Assembly: GCF_009914755.1 (NCBI RefSeq)
Contig: NC_060932.1
Strand: one strand, 5' to 3'
Length of the DNA stretch: 64,000 nt
Source of the DNA: the human T2T-CHM13v2.0 reference genome, Homo sapiens
Shown here: in pieces, positions 1 through 13,232 of the stretch
Numbering within the stretch: position 1 is the first letter of the stretch
How the letters are laid out: each line of letters begins with the position of its first letter
Notes under the pieces: generated by a model
The model's input: only the letters and a program-made list of their open reading frames with translations
What the model was told of the DNA's origin: nothing
Databases searched by the model: none
Made by a program: the position numbers and the translations under genes

Positions 1-52
1 TGCACTCCAGCCTGACAACAGAGCGAGACTCCGTCTCAAAAAAAAAAAAAAA
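1..52 (+). mobile_element. Alu 3' end (cut by the window edge)
   Basis: tgcactccagcctg...gagactccgtctc followed by poly(A). Confidence 0.9.
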
Positions 53-539
53 TTCCTCTCTCCTCTCCATAATATGACCGTTTTAGAGCTGTGGGACTGG
101 TTCTCAAAACTGCCTTGTCTGCCAACTCACACAGTTATTGAATTTGGATCTCTAGTGCAAAATGCAATTTTAAAATTCCATTACACCTCTCCTCTATAAC
201 CAGGGTATCTGAAGAGGCTGAACATTGTGGTTTTATTTTTTCCAATAATTGCTACCACTAGCTGCACTCTGGTTGTCGCCTTTTCCTCCTGGGAAGTTAG
301 CAACCTTAATTCTCAGTCCATCCCAGAACACTTAATTTTTTGGGTTATGAAAATAGTCCAGTATATACAGCACCACCTATTAAGTATTCTTGCCTAAAAA
401 TAACTGAAGCTGAATCTAATCAAGTTTCTAAATCTACCTACTAGCTTGCAGGTAATACCAGAGATAGAGAAACACATTAAATAGACATCTTTTGGAAGTA
501 ATCGTTAAGCAGGTAAAACTTTCAATAGGAAAAATAATC

Positions 540-945
540 CTGCTCCTCCATCAAACAAACATCAGAAAAGCAAGTGTTAAAACAAAACAAAACAAAACCT
601 TTGAAACAACTGTAATAATTTGAATATTCACTGGGTATTCTAGGATACTGAGAAATTTTGTTAGAAGTAGTAATAGTATAATGGCTTATCAAAAAATGTT
701 TTCATCTGTTAGAAGTATAAACAAAAGTATTTACGTGTGAAAGAGCAGAACGGCTTGGATTTACTTTAAAATATTCCCCTGATTTTTTTCAAGAAACAAA
801 ATAAAAGTTGCGGAGGCTTAGATGAAGTAAGATTGGAAAAATGTTAATCATCAATGAAGTTGAGTGATAGGTTCATGAGAGTTCATTGTACCATACTTTT
901 CTATCTTTTGAGATATTTTAATAATAAAAAGACTTCTTCTTTAAA
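540..945 (+). mobile_element. Old L1M 3'-end fragment
   Basis: Degenerate L1M 3'UTR-like motifs (gggtgatagg...gagttcattgtacc); boundaries approximate. Confidence 0.5.
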
Positions 946-1194
946 AAAGGTACACATTTCAATCTTATGCCCAATTCTAAGTTCCCCTTCCTTTCTGCAG
1001 AGCAGGCCAAGCAGGTGGTCTAATGGCTCAGACAGGAAGAGGTAGGTGGGCCGAGAGACGGGAGTGGGTGCTGTCTGCTAGCCACACCCCATCCCTGTTC
1101 TCTGTGCAGGCTCCTCTGATGATAGAGCCCAGAGAGGCTGGAGAGGATGTTTCCCTCAGTAGTGAGCAGTCATTTCTTTGTTGCTATCCCTACA

Positions 1195-1498
1195 CTTTTT
1201 TTGTTGTCTTGTTTTCTTGAGACAGAGTCTTGCTCTATCGCCCAGGCTGGAGTGCAGTGGGGTAATCTCAGCTCAGTGCAACCTCCACCTCCCAGGTTCA
1301 TGAGATTCTCCTGCCTCAGCCTCCCCAATACCTGGGATTACAGGCACACCTTCACACCTGGCTAATTTTTGTATTTTTAGTAGAGACGGGGTTTCATTAT
1401 GTTGGCCAGGCTGGTCTCAAAGTCCTGACCTCAGATGATCCAGTCGCCTCAGCCTCTCAGAGTGCTAGGATTACAAGCTTGAGCCATTGCACCCGGCC
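1195..1498 (-). mobile_element. Alu (AluS-like)
   Basis: Full dimer in reverse orientation. Confidence 0.92.
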
Positions 1499-2286
1499 TA
1501 TTCCTAATCTTTCACATGAACCTGCTGCAGTGGTGATAAGATTGCTGTCACCTTCTCGGTGGTCATCACAGATGATATGGATGGAGACCCCCAACGAGTC
1601 TTGCTGGCAGGGACCTCAGTCCCCTCCTCTGGGCACTAATGATCTCTCATTAGATCTCACCACATTATCCAGCAGACCCCCGACAGGCAGCCCCATGCTA
1701 CCCTGCTGTGATATGACAGCCTTTCTAACCCACCTGCTGATTGCCCCATCAGTCTTACCTCTGCAGGCCAGAGCCAATACTTGGGCCCGCTTGTGAGTGG
1801 GGTCCTACTAGTGTATCTCTCAGAGATCATGAATTTGAGGAGGCTGACTTGTTTCCTGTGCAACTGGTTATACTGCCACACCTTACTGCTCTCCATTAGC
1901 ACTGGGGCAGGTCAGCAAGTGCAATCACTGGCCATCCAATAAGAAAACACACAGCTCGCTTACCCCCCTCTTAGACACCCCGCAAATTACATGAGCAACC
2001 CTCTCGCCCTCCACACCCACCTCAAAAGCATGGAAACATCCAAACCCCCTTAGACTCTGCTCCCCTTTGGGAAAGAGAGAGAGGGTAACATGTATTTATT
2101 CACAAAGAAAGAAGATCTCCTCTTATGTGTCGTTCATCAAAGCCTGACAAACCAGTGCCCCTTCTTGCACCTAGAAATAGACTGAGAGTTGTGCTTGGCC
2201 TTGGAGAATTCATAATTTTGTTCTCCACGCGATACTAGCTCTACTGCTGGGGATGAGTCGTGTGGCATAAGAAAATCTCAATTAGT

Positions 2287-2578
2287 AGCCAGGCATAGTG
2301 GCTCAGGCCTGTAATCCCAGCGCTTTGGGAGGTCAAGGCAGGGGGACGGCTTGAGGCCAGGGGTTTGAGAGCAGCACCTAGACAACGAAGCCCGACCCCA
2401 CCTCTACAAAAAAAAAAAAAGCCTAGTATGGTGGCGCACATCTGTAGTCCCAGCTACCCAGGAGGCTGAAGTGAGAGGATTTCTTGAGCCTAGGAATTCA
2501 AGGTTATAGTGATCTGCAATTGCATTACCGCACTCCAGCCTCAGTGACAGCAAGACCCTATCTCAAAAAAAAAAAAAA
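2287..2578 (+). mobile_element. Alu (AluJ-like)
   Basis: Diverged dimer with A-tail. Confidence 0.9.
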
Positions 2579-3921
2579 TTAAAAATAGACAAGAAAGGAA
2601 AATTTTAATTAGCAACTCCAACCATCCTGTTGCATCTAGTAGGTATCAGGTTAGCATGCCAGACAACGAAAATATAAGGGCAAATAAGACACACTCCCAT
2701 TGGGTTTAAAATAACAAGGCATGGGTTTGGGTCCAGGACTTGCTGCTTTCCAGCCGTCTGACTTGAGTAAGAAGCTGCAGCAACTTTGGAGTTAATACTG
2801 TGTCTTTAACTGTAAAACTGTAAAGTTAGAGAGGCGGCTGAGATGCCTCCCAGGTCCCCTATAGCACTCACAGCCAATGGCTGAGCCAAACTATTGGCAT
2901 CACATCACATGAGACATCAGTCCAGCCCTCTGCCACAGTTAATTCAAAAGCAAAATAAAGAGATAGTTGGCATGCGGAATAACTGGATCCCATAGGTGTA
3001 GCCACACTGACTGGAGCAATGGAAAAAATTACTCCAGCACCACAGCTTGCTTTCACTCAGCAGATGGGCTGGAACATGTTCCAGATCAGCTGCAACCTTC
3101 GTGGTCCAGGCGCAGGTGGCACCGCAGGTCGTCCCTGAGGCATAAGGTAACATGTGGGCTACCAATGATGCCATCATCAAATTCTATCCCCCTAGCTAGT
3201 CACTATGCCATTTGCATTTAAAATAAATATTTATCACCATTTCTAGCATTATCACTCTCAAAAGTCCAGCCCTATTATGTGAGCTAGGCCAGCACAAAGT
3301 CAAGTGAGAGGACTTTAGGATGGCTCACTGGAGTGACCATTTGTCATGCTCTGGGACTTTGTGTACATCCTTCCTGTACTTAGGAATCAGCCACCTGTGA
3401 TCCTGCTGCCTGGAGGAAGAAGACATTTATTTTCCTATAGCCTCTCTTGCGTGTGGAGTGAATCATCCTCTGTTGACTTTAAGTGAAAAATATTAACTTT
3501 TATTTAAGTGACTGTATTTGGGGGTAGCTTAGCCTGTGCTTTAATACACAAGCAAAATGATTAGATTCTGAACTGCTTTACTGCAGATCCTACCATCCCT
3601 GTATTCGCTATGAACTTACATTTGTGGGTGTGTTAGATACTACTCTAAACTGCGCTACCCACCTCCCTCTAGACCTATACCAAGTTTCTTAAAAAGGCAC
3701 TGACCCAAGCTGTCTCTATTTTCTCTCTCCCGATTCCTCAGTCTGACTCAGTCTGACCTTCTGACGTCTGCCTCTACCACTCCACTCAAACTGTCCTTCC
3801 CAAGGTCACCCCTGATTTCCATATTGCCAAATCCCAACATTTTTGAGTCTTCATCCTATCTGATATCAAGACCACGTCGACCCTGCAAACCACCCTCTCC
3901 TTCCTTACATCATACTTTCTC

Positions 3922-4034
3922 TTGGAGTTCTTGCTACGTTGACCACGCTGGTCTCAAACTCCTAGCCTCAAGTGATCCTCCTGCCTCACATCCTTAAGTG
4001 CTAGGAATCCAGTAATGAGTCACAGCACCCTGAC
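3922..4034 (-). mobile_element. FLAM / Alu left monomer within an L2-like region (~3700-4700)
   Basis: ctggtctcaaactcctagcctcaagtgatcctcctgcctc. Confidence 0.75.
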
Positions 4035-5079
4035 TCATTCAGGAAGTTTTAACACCAAAACATTTATGTAAAAATGAACTTGAGCCTATCCACCACACCC
4101 AGTCCAGAGTGATAACTTTCAACCATGAAAGTGCCATACTCAAAATCCTGCGACGGCTTCCCATGTCACTTAGGAGAAATTCCAAAATCCTCAGCATGGA
4201 CTAAAAGGCCCACTTTGATCTGGCCCCAGCTCCAAATTCAGCTCACGTCACTTTCCTCTGTTCCCACTCCCTCCATGTCCTCTACACTGCTGAAAGCCTC
4301 ACTGGCATCTTTTCAGTTCTTTAAATGAACCAACTTCTTGGCTGACAGGGTCTGCAGCACATGTGCTGTTTCTTCTAGAAGGCTCTGGGTAATTGCTTTT
4401 CACTACAGGTCTCAGCCAACACTTCCAAAGGGGCACATTCTCTAAAACCTTTCCCCTGGTGTAAATTAAGTCACTCTTCTAAGTCTCTTTCATAATTCAT
4501 TTTACTTTTCCTTTGTAGCTCTTACAATAACATGTAATTATATAAAAATGTAGATTTAAGTAGAGATAGAGACGGACACATAGGTATTTGTCTCTACCAT
4601 ACTATAAGATCCTCAGCCAAGGGCAGGGATTATGCCTATTTAGTTCACAGCATTGTCCTTAGGTTCTAGCATGTTCAACACTGAATAAACAGAAAGTTAA
4701 AGGATGAATGCTAATAGCATATACCATGATTTTAACCTAAAAACAGTTATGGTATTTGCCTACCCTCTTTTCCCATAGGAAAACCTTGATACAAATAGAT
4801 AATACTACCATATGTATTGCAGTCATGGAAAAACTTGGATTGCACAAGAATTACAAAAAGTAATGGTAATATCACACTAAGTCTCCCGCTGAGAACAATT
4901 ACAAAAGCTGGATGAAGAAGAAGGAAGGGAAAGGACAGAAAGGAGGAGGAGGAAGAGGAGGAGAAATAGCTGCTGTTTGCTGTTTGCAGACTTTGGTCTT
5001 CAATAAAGGCACACAAAACTTGAGGGGTTAAGGAAAACACCCTGAAGTGAGACCCTCCTTTCTACTGCTTGCTCTTTTC

Positions 5080-6250
5080 AGAGCATTCACTAATTCCTGG
5101 CCAGGTTGCACTGGACGAGCAGACAGCTGCAGCCCAAAGCCTGGAGCAGTCTTACTGGGATGAGGAGCTGAAAAATGAAATCTAGGACTTCCAATGCAGC
5201 CAGAATGTGAGGCACAAAGATCCGAGAGAAAAGACAGCTTCAGAAAAATGAACCCAACATTCTTTCCAGCCTTTGCACTCCAAAGCTGTGAGTTGTAAAA
5301 GGAGGAGAAAATAAACAGAAAGCTTCTGCTAAGAGGCTAAAACGCTAAGCTGACTTTATGACCATGGCACTCAACTTAAGAGTTGACATTTAGGGCCTAG
5401 TATGGACAGAGTCCTGGTAAATACTTCAGGCTTTCTGCTGAGACTCTCAATGGCTTATACCTTAGAAACAAACCAAATGAAAACAGACTAACTTGAAACT
5501 TCACTCCAATTATCATAATGGTTGATTTAATCTAGATGAATAGCTTTATCCTACTGCCAACAGAAAAGAAATAGATCTTCCTTGGAGGAATAGAACAGCA
5601 TCCAGAGAGCCTAAAAATGTTCACATACAGTATCAGGCACTTAATAAAAAATTACAAAGCCTGATAGAAAACAAGATCAAATGACCAAAACCAAGATACA
5701 AAACTGGTAATACACAGACTCACTGGTAATCTAGATATTTTATTCATCAAAATAGCATTTTACTATAACTACAATTACTGTGTTCAAGAAAATATATTAA
5801 AGATAGAGAATCTTACCAGATACCTAGCTTCTATAAAAAAGAGGAAAACTGAAATACAATAATTACATTAAAAACTCAATAGATAGGTTTAAAAGGATAG
5901 ACACAGAAAAGTTTTATTGGAGTGAAACAGGTGTCAGCAGAAGAAAATCTAATCAGAAGCACAGAGAGAAAAACAAAGAATTGAAAATATGAGAAACAGC
6001 TTAAGTCACATTTAAGACAGGAAAAAGTAATGTACGTGTAACTATTATTCCAAGAGGAAAAGAGAATAATGAGAAAGAAGCAACGGCTACACAGATAGCT
6101 ACAAGGAGTTTTCCAAAACTGATGAAAGGTATCAAGCCTGAGATCCAACAAGCTCCATGAACCACAATTAGGAGAAATATAAATAAAATATACCTAAAAG
6201 CCATCACAGTAAAACTGTGAAAATCAAATATAAAATCTTAAAAGCAGCTA
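5080..6250 (+). mobile_element. Old L1M fragment (5'/ORF1 region)
   Basis: A-rich, ORF1-like degenerate sequence (ttttccaaaactgatgaaagg...aaaatcttaaaagcagc); boundaries approximate. Confidence 0.6.
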
Positions 6251-6501
6251 GGATTGGGGAGCAATAGGAGAGCAGGTAATACTGCCAGATATAAATAGCA
6301 TATTCAGGCCTGACTCATAGTTTCATACTCAATTATGCTATTTTGATATCCCCTCTCACCTACTTTGCAATTAGTAAAACTAAGGATAAAGTTCAAATAA
6401 TGTCCTCTTAAACTCCCCAAATTAAAATGTTATATTTGTGGCAGAATTGTGCAACATATTAATTGTGAAACACAAATTTTGTTTTGTTTTTAAAACCTGT
6501 C

Positions 6502-6638
<137 letters not shown>

Positions 6639-7499
6639 ACTGGCACTTACTGTATAAAAATATTTTAATTGAAGTCTGGGCTTCTCTAACTCCTAGAATG
6701 AACATGTAAAATACATCAGCTACAGAGTATCAGCAACATATTAATACATACTCATAATTTCACTTTCTGGGGACCCAAGGCCCATAAAGCAGAGAATAAA
6801 AACGGATTATCTTGATATGGTTACATTAGTCTCTTAACATGTAGACGGAAAGCTGCTGTTGTAGGTATTTTTAAATGGTGAGCTCACTATAATTTCAAAG
6901 GATTAACAAATTTATTCTGACTTTCTCAATTTAGAAAATTATTCATCTTAGTTAACAGGAAAATAATTCAGATGTAAAGGTTGCAATTTTTCTTAAAGAT
7001 GATCACCTACCAGCCCAGGCTGTATCTGAGCTATCTCTGTTACCCAAATGAGTCCTAGAACTGCTGGGACAAAAAATATATAATTTATAGATAGACAGAT
7101 TATATGTATCACCTTGCAGATAGTAACGTTCTGTAACTTGGCCCTTTCTCAGGAGGGCCGTGGCTATAACTAGGCACTGCAAGTGACTATATTCCTCCAT
7201 TCACTGGGATTTTAAATACTGTCCTGGTGAATGCAGCATATTAGAAGAACATGATTAAAGTATTCACAGATAATTCAAAGACACCAACAGACAAACCTGG
7301 TAAGGAAAAAATAAATCAACACTTCCAATGAAAGACTACTTAGATAATATAAAACTTACAATGTACATTAGCAAAACTGTATGGTCCAAGTTGAGGAAAA
7401 GAACCTTTATTGCTTATTTCCCCTCAAAGTCCTGGTATTTTTATTTAAAGAGCCTGAGAGCACCTAGTAAAACCAACATTTTCTGTAGTTCAGCTGTGA

Positions 7500-7875
7500 A
7501 GAAAATCATCTGGCTTCAGGAGTGATACACATGACTAAGAGCTGGTCAGTTGAGTAATTCAATCCACCCTGTCAAAGAGATTGGTTTAAAGATAGACACA
7601 TGACCCAGTCAAAGCCAATGAGAGTCAATCTTGGGATCAGCTGGAAAGACATAGAGAGGCATGCTCACTCTTCAGCTTGACTTAAATTTAGAGATGCTAC
7701 AGACTTTTTTTTATCATTGTCTAAAAAGGAAGCCACCATAAAAAGCAAAGCCAAGCTATCTGAGTCCCTGGACTAAGGTATCCTAGAAATCAGTAGCCCC
7801 TGTGTATGTATATAAGCCAACAACAGATTCTCTTATTTGCTAGAGCCAGTATGAACTGGGTTTGCTATTAATTGT
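7500..7875 (+). mobile_element. MLT1-type MaLR LTR fragment
   Basis: Degenerate MLT1J/K-like motifs (gacccag..agccaatgagagtcaat; aagccaa...agccagt). Confidence 0.5.
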
Positions 7876-9944
7876 AGTAAAAAGAGCACCAAATGACAGG
7901 CTCACTTGGAGAAAGACAGCCATTTCAACAAGTCCCATTTTGAAGTACCTCAAATAATTTCTTAGCTTGAAGTCCCAGTAAATGGAATGGGCTAATAGCC
8001 AAATTAGACCACTGACAACCACTGTCAGGGACACATATATACACTGGAGAAAAAAATTCTTTTTCTTTTTACACTTTAAACACATGCAATTTTTATTTGT
8101 CAATCATACCTCAGTAAAGCTAAGGAGAAATATTATATCCTCGTATATTATGTATCCAAAAACATAAACCAATACCTTTTTTTAAAAAAAAATCCATTAT
8201 TCTCTTAAATCATGTAGAAGACAAAAAGTAGAGTTCCAAGCCATTGCTACAACAATGCTAGGTTTTATAATTGTCCATGTATTTATCTACAGTGATAGTA
8301 CTTTTTTCTTTGTACATCTTTGAGTTATTCTCTAGTATCTTTTCATTTCAGCCCTCAGAAGTTCCTTTGGATTTCTTGTAGGACAGGTCTAAGGGTAACA
8401 AACTCCCTCAGTTTTTGTTTATCTGGGAATGTCTTGAGAAGAAAAAATCCTAAGCTGCATTGGATCTGATGCAAAATTATGGCCTATATATAGTACCAGA
8501 TCAGCTTCTGGCATTAAAAGTACAGTCATTTGATTCCATTCTAACTGACACTCTCCCAAAATGTGTTAGGCTACCAAATCTCAGTATTTTCTACTAATAA
8601 GCAAGTATAATTCACAACAACATAGCAGCAGAGAAGTACATTCAATTTTCATTAACATCATCAACCATTACTCTGATGACAAGCATTCCTCAGGATTATG
8701 CTCATTTTCAAACACTAAGTTTCAGCTTATACTCTTCATTCTTCTTCTCACTGCTACCTTGCATCAGCCACAAAGCCTGCACTTTGGGGTTGGAACTGCC
8801 AACAAAAAAATAATGATTGCTCTGCAGTAACTGAGCAATTAGAATAATATTTCAAATGCTTCCCAAATCTGTTGCCCACATACTCATACTTTGGGTTTGA
8901 GAGAAGTCAGACCAATGAGGCTGAATACTGACAGCCATCACTCTATGCACCCTGCAGCCTTTGCGGCATGTTTATGTTGCTCAGTTGAGATTGAATAACA
9001 CATAAGCACAAACTGGGCCACATCTAATAGTCTGCTACATTCATAGACTCAGCCCAAGTGTTTCTTAAAAATACTCCAATTAAAGGCAACACTGAAGTAA
9101 CAAAGTAAGTAGTAAAGAGGCCATTTCTGTGATCCACCCAGACTTGTGACTTTTGAAAGATCACCTACCTCTGCTGTTTTTTCATCTGCAGAACGTAATA
9201 GTCTAACTAAACAATCACCTCCCAGAGCTAACATTTGAGAAATCTTGTGATCCCTAAGCCTGAAAGCTTAGAATCCTGTGGTCCCAGGCAATGTTATTGG
9301 TACTCTGTAATTAAGTTATGCAGCCAGTTAATATTACTCATACTGGGCCTTTGCAAGTCTATGGTGATTTTCACATTAGAATGTCAAACTGGGCTGAAAT
9401 ATTTTTTTTTGACACAGTAAGACTTAGCTTGGAATTTGAATTAAGAGAAAGCTTAGGCTAATGGTTAACCTTGGATTAATATTTATTTTACTAATGTTAG
9501 CTTTGTATTACATGGTGATATCCTATTTCCTCCAGGATACTGTTTATGCCATTATAAAATTCTAGCTAACGCCACTAAATTCTAGGCATAAAGTATTGCT
9601 AATAAATACCATTAATTGACTATTCAGAAATCAAAAGTATAATCTAAATACACTTAGCGAAGATGAATGCAGGGATCCTCTAACTGGCTATGATATTGTT
9701 TTCTTTCACAGTATGTCCTAGAATGACTGCTGACAGCTGCAGTGCAAGGCTGATAGCAGTACAAAGTAAGCATTAAACCATCAGTTATAAGGCAGTTATA
9801 AAGCATCTCTTTATGATTTTTCTCCTAACAGAATTAAGGGCTTGTCATCCAGACCAACAGCAAAGTAGATACTCTGAAGCAAGGGATGGTGACACTGTCC
9901 TGGGTACCAACCGTAGACAGCAGGATGGGGCAGGGGGACCTCAA

Positions 9945-10165
9945 AGTGGACTTTAGAACCCAAATAGACTTAAGTCTGAATTCTAGTCCTATCACTGTCT
10001 AGCTGTGTAACCCTGGACAAGTTATCTTATCTCCCTGAACCGCTGGGTCTCATCTATTCCATAAAGCACTGCTAAGAAGTACTTCCCAGGGTTATTAAAG
10101 AGAATACATGAGAGAATTACATACGTAAAATAGATTACATAGTGCTTGAACACTCACAGTGCTTG
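9945..10165 (+). mobile_element. MIR
   Basis: Core motif ctagctgtgtaaccctggacaagttatcttatctccctgaac; abuts the donor of the 10172 exon. Confidence 0.7.
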
Positions 10166-10171
10166 GCTCAC

Positions 10172-10323
10172 CTTTCCTTTCTTCTGGTCCACCCTCAGGC
10201 AAGTCACTTCTGAGCACTGCTAAGAGAACGCAGCCCCACAAAGGTTCTCTCCTCCAACCACAAGTTAAGCCGAAGGAGCCGCTTGCTGGTTGAGTTGACA
10301 CTCTCTAGTAAATCCTGGCATAA
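10172..10323 (-). other. CSGALNACT1: 5'UTR exon (152 nt; 155 nt if the upstream CAG of a CAG-AAG tandem acceptor is used)
   Basis: Acceptor ...ccttgccacagaag|TTATGCC; donor GGAAAG|gtgagc; sequence recognised from the mRNA leader. Confidence 0.82.
10265..10321 (-). other. uORF, 18 aa (MPGFTRECQLNQQAAPSA*)
   Basis: Manual translation; the ATG lies 2 nt inside the exon and the TAA is at 10267-10265. Confidence 0.5.
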
Positions 10324-11086
10324 CTTCTGTGGCAAGGTGAGTGACCACACGGGACCGAAAGAAGGAAAGACACAAACGTCCTCATCAAAGCACTCATGGG
10401 CCACAAAAGCACAACCTTAATTCTCTTGCCTCTGATTAAACCTACAGCTACCTGAGCATTTTCCACAAGTGATGAGACAATCTCCACAGCATAGGTAGAT
10501 TCCTCCGACTTCATCTCAGCCTTGGATGTTGTCATTTGAGCTCTTTCTTGGAAAACAACCATCAGAGAAGCCTGTGGCTGTGATACACCCCTTTACTATC
10601 TCCCTATTAATTCCCTGATTGGTAATTGTAAAAACCCATTAATCTTACTGTGCCACTTCTTGCCTGGCTTCTCACAGCATGGTGCTGAGGAATGGAGATT
10701 CTAGAAGGTGTTAGGCCATGAGGTGTAAAATGAGAAGAACCCATACAAAGAACGTTTCTCCAAGAAAGCTTCAATTCAACCTCCATGTTACCAAATTATC
10801 ATTTGTATTTTCCAACCAGAGTTCCAGGTCCCAGTAGCATCTGCCCTGAGGAGCTCAGGAAACCCCTTCAACAGTGCTGCCCCTCTTTACCGCTTCTTTA
10901 CATCTCAAATTAACCTGCAAGTCCAGATTTGCAATGGAACTGTGCCGATGCCCAGGCTGGGAACAGCAGGCAGAGCCCCCAGGAGGCTAAGGACCTCAGA
11001 GTCCCCATATCACCTCAGTTTTCTTTCAACATGAAACCAATTCCCTCTAGGAAACATGCTTAACATCAAAAAGAGTTGTAAAATGG

Positions 11087-11441
<355 letters not shown>

Positions 11442-11461
11442 TTAGACAACTCTTCCTAATG

Positions 11462-11624
11462 TAGTGATTCTCAACCTCTAAAACATATAAGATCCCCTGG
11501 GACACTTTTCAAAATTGCAGGTAACTGGCACCACCCCAGACACACAGAATCAGAAACTCTGGGGATGGGCTTGAGCATCTGTAGATTTTTTTAAAGCTCC
11601 AAATCAAAGGGTGAGAAACACTGG
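11462..11624 (+). mobile_element. MER5-family hAT-Charlie element (copy 1 of a local duplication)
   Basis: agtgattctcaa...ccccagac...gaatcagaaactctgggg...gagaaacactg. Confidence 0.7.
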
Positions 11625-12420
11625 CTTAGTCTATGACTGGCAATGAAGTGTAAGTCAGACTTGGAATCAGGTTTTCCTGATTTTTCCCAAAATGCAGTAC
11701 TTCTCATAGACTGCTGGGTGGGATATTGTACCTAAGAAGGTTGAGAAATGTCCAGCTGGAAATGGATTCTGTGGAGAAGAAAACTGGGAACCCAGAGGTT
11801 AAACAAAACAAGTCTTTACTTTAGAACTCCCAGAATCGTCCTAGGCTCAGGTACATCGTACCCTACCAGAGAGGAATCCATTACATAGTATTTTCCCAAA
11901 CTTATTTGATCACGAAATTCTTCTTTGAAAAATATCTCACAACTCTAGTAATCTCCAGGAAACACTCTGGGAAACGCTGGTCTCATGTGCTTGTCCTTCA
12001 ATAATGATTTCAAGAGGTTTCCTGGAAGGTCAGTATGGTGCAAACATTCACTTAAAAATGTGTTTGAGTTATTGGCCTTAGGGCTTTGCTGACTGCACAC
12101 GGCTGCACAGTCAGGGCTGCAGGACCAAAAACAGCAATCGCTGCAAACTGACTCCATTCACAGACTCATTACGATCTCCTGGGATGCTTTTCAAAATTGC
12201 AGGTAACTGGCACTGCCCAAGACACACAGAATCAGAAACTCTGGGAATAGGCTTGGGCATCTGTAGTTTTATTAAAGCTCCAAATCAAAGGTTCAGAAAC
12301 ACTGGCTTAGTCTACGACTGGTAGTGAGCTGTAAACAAAACTTGGAATCAGATTTTCCCCAAATGCAGTGCTTCTCAAAGGCTACTGGGTGAGGCCATTG
12401 TTCCTAAGTTGAGAAATGTC
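11491..12420 (+). repeat. Direct duplication of ~260 bp: 11491-11752 and 12173-12420
   Basis: Long shared blocks (ttttcaaaattgcaggtaactggcac; gacacacagaatcagaaactctggg; aaagctccaaatcaaagg; gaaacactggcttagtcta; cttggaatcag; ttgagaaatgtc). Confidence 0.9.
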
Positions 12421-12912
12421 ATGGGTGGTAAGGATGCTGTGTCCCACCCTCCCCCACCTAGGATGGGGCTCCAAACATCTCAATCCTTTTCTAACTTGGT
12501 CCCAATATAAACAAACCTAAGTCATGACTAATAACTATCAAGTTATGAATGAAGATGAGACTATGCACACATCACTAAATTTCCTGGAATAAGGTTACCA
12601 GACATTTTCATGTTCTTAGCAATACCACAAACCTATAAGTACCTTATTACATACAGATGCCCTTTATGATATTATTCTACATGAACAGCTAGTGGCAAGG
12701 GCATAGATACTCCTGCATTACAAGAGAAACTGGTACTCTCCAACCTACGGGGCCTGGAATGCCACAGTTATCAAAGGGGAAGGCTTTCTTCTTCTTGTTT
12801 CTCCTTTGGAGAGTCAGAATTTTAAATTCTTAACACAAGTAATAAACTTCCAGCTATGATGGGTTTCATATTTGTGATACCTTTGTGATCAGCATTACAA
12901 ATATACAATAAC

Positions 12913-13232
12913 AGTCCAGCAATGGTGGCTCACGGCTGTAATCCCAGTGCTTTGGGAGGCTGAGGTGGGCAGATCACCTGAGCTCAGGAGTTTGAGACCA
13001 GCCTGGTCAACGTTGCAAAACGCCGTCTCTATAAAGAATACAAAAGTTAGCTGGGCAAGGTGATGCATGCCTACAGTCCCAGCTACTTGGGAGACTGAGG
13101 CAGGACAATTGCTTCAGTATGGGGTGGGGAGGTAGGTTTCAGTAAGCAGAAATCACACCATTACACTCTAGCCTAGGTGACAAGAATGAAACCCTGTCCC
13201 CCATCCCCTCAGCAAAAAAAAGAAAAAAAAAG
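12913..13232 (+). mobile_element. Alu (diverged)
   Basis: Dimer with a degenerate right arm. Confidence 0.88.

Noticed and set aside
10204-10562. Minus-strand ORFs of 66 and 85 aa overlapping the exon
   Set aside because: They start in intron sequence and do not resemble the CSGALNACT1 protein; the exon is untranslated apart from the short uORF.
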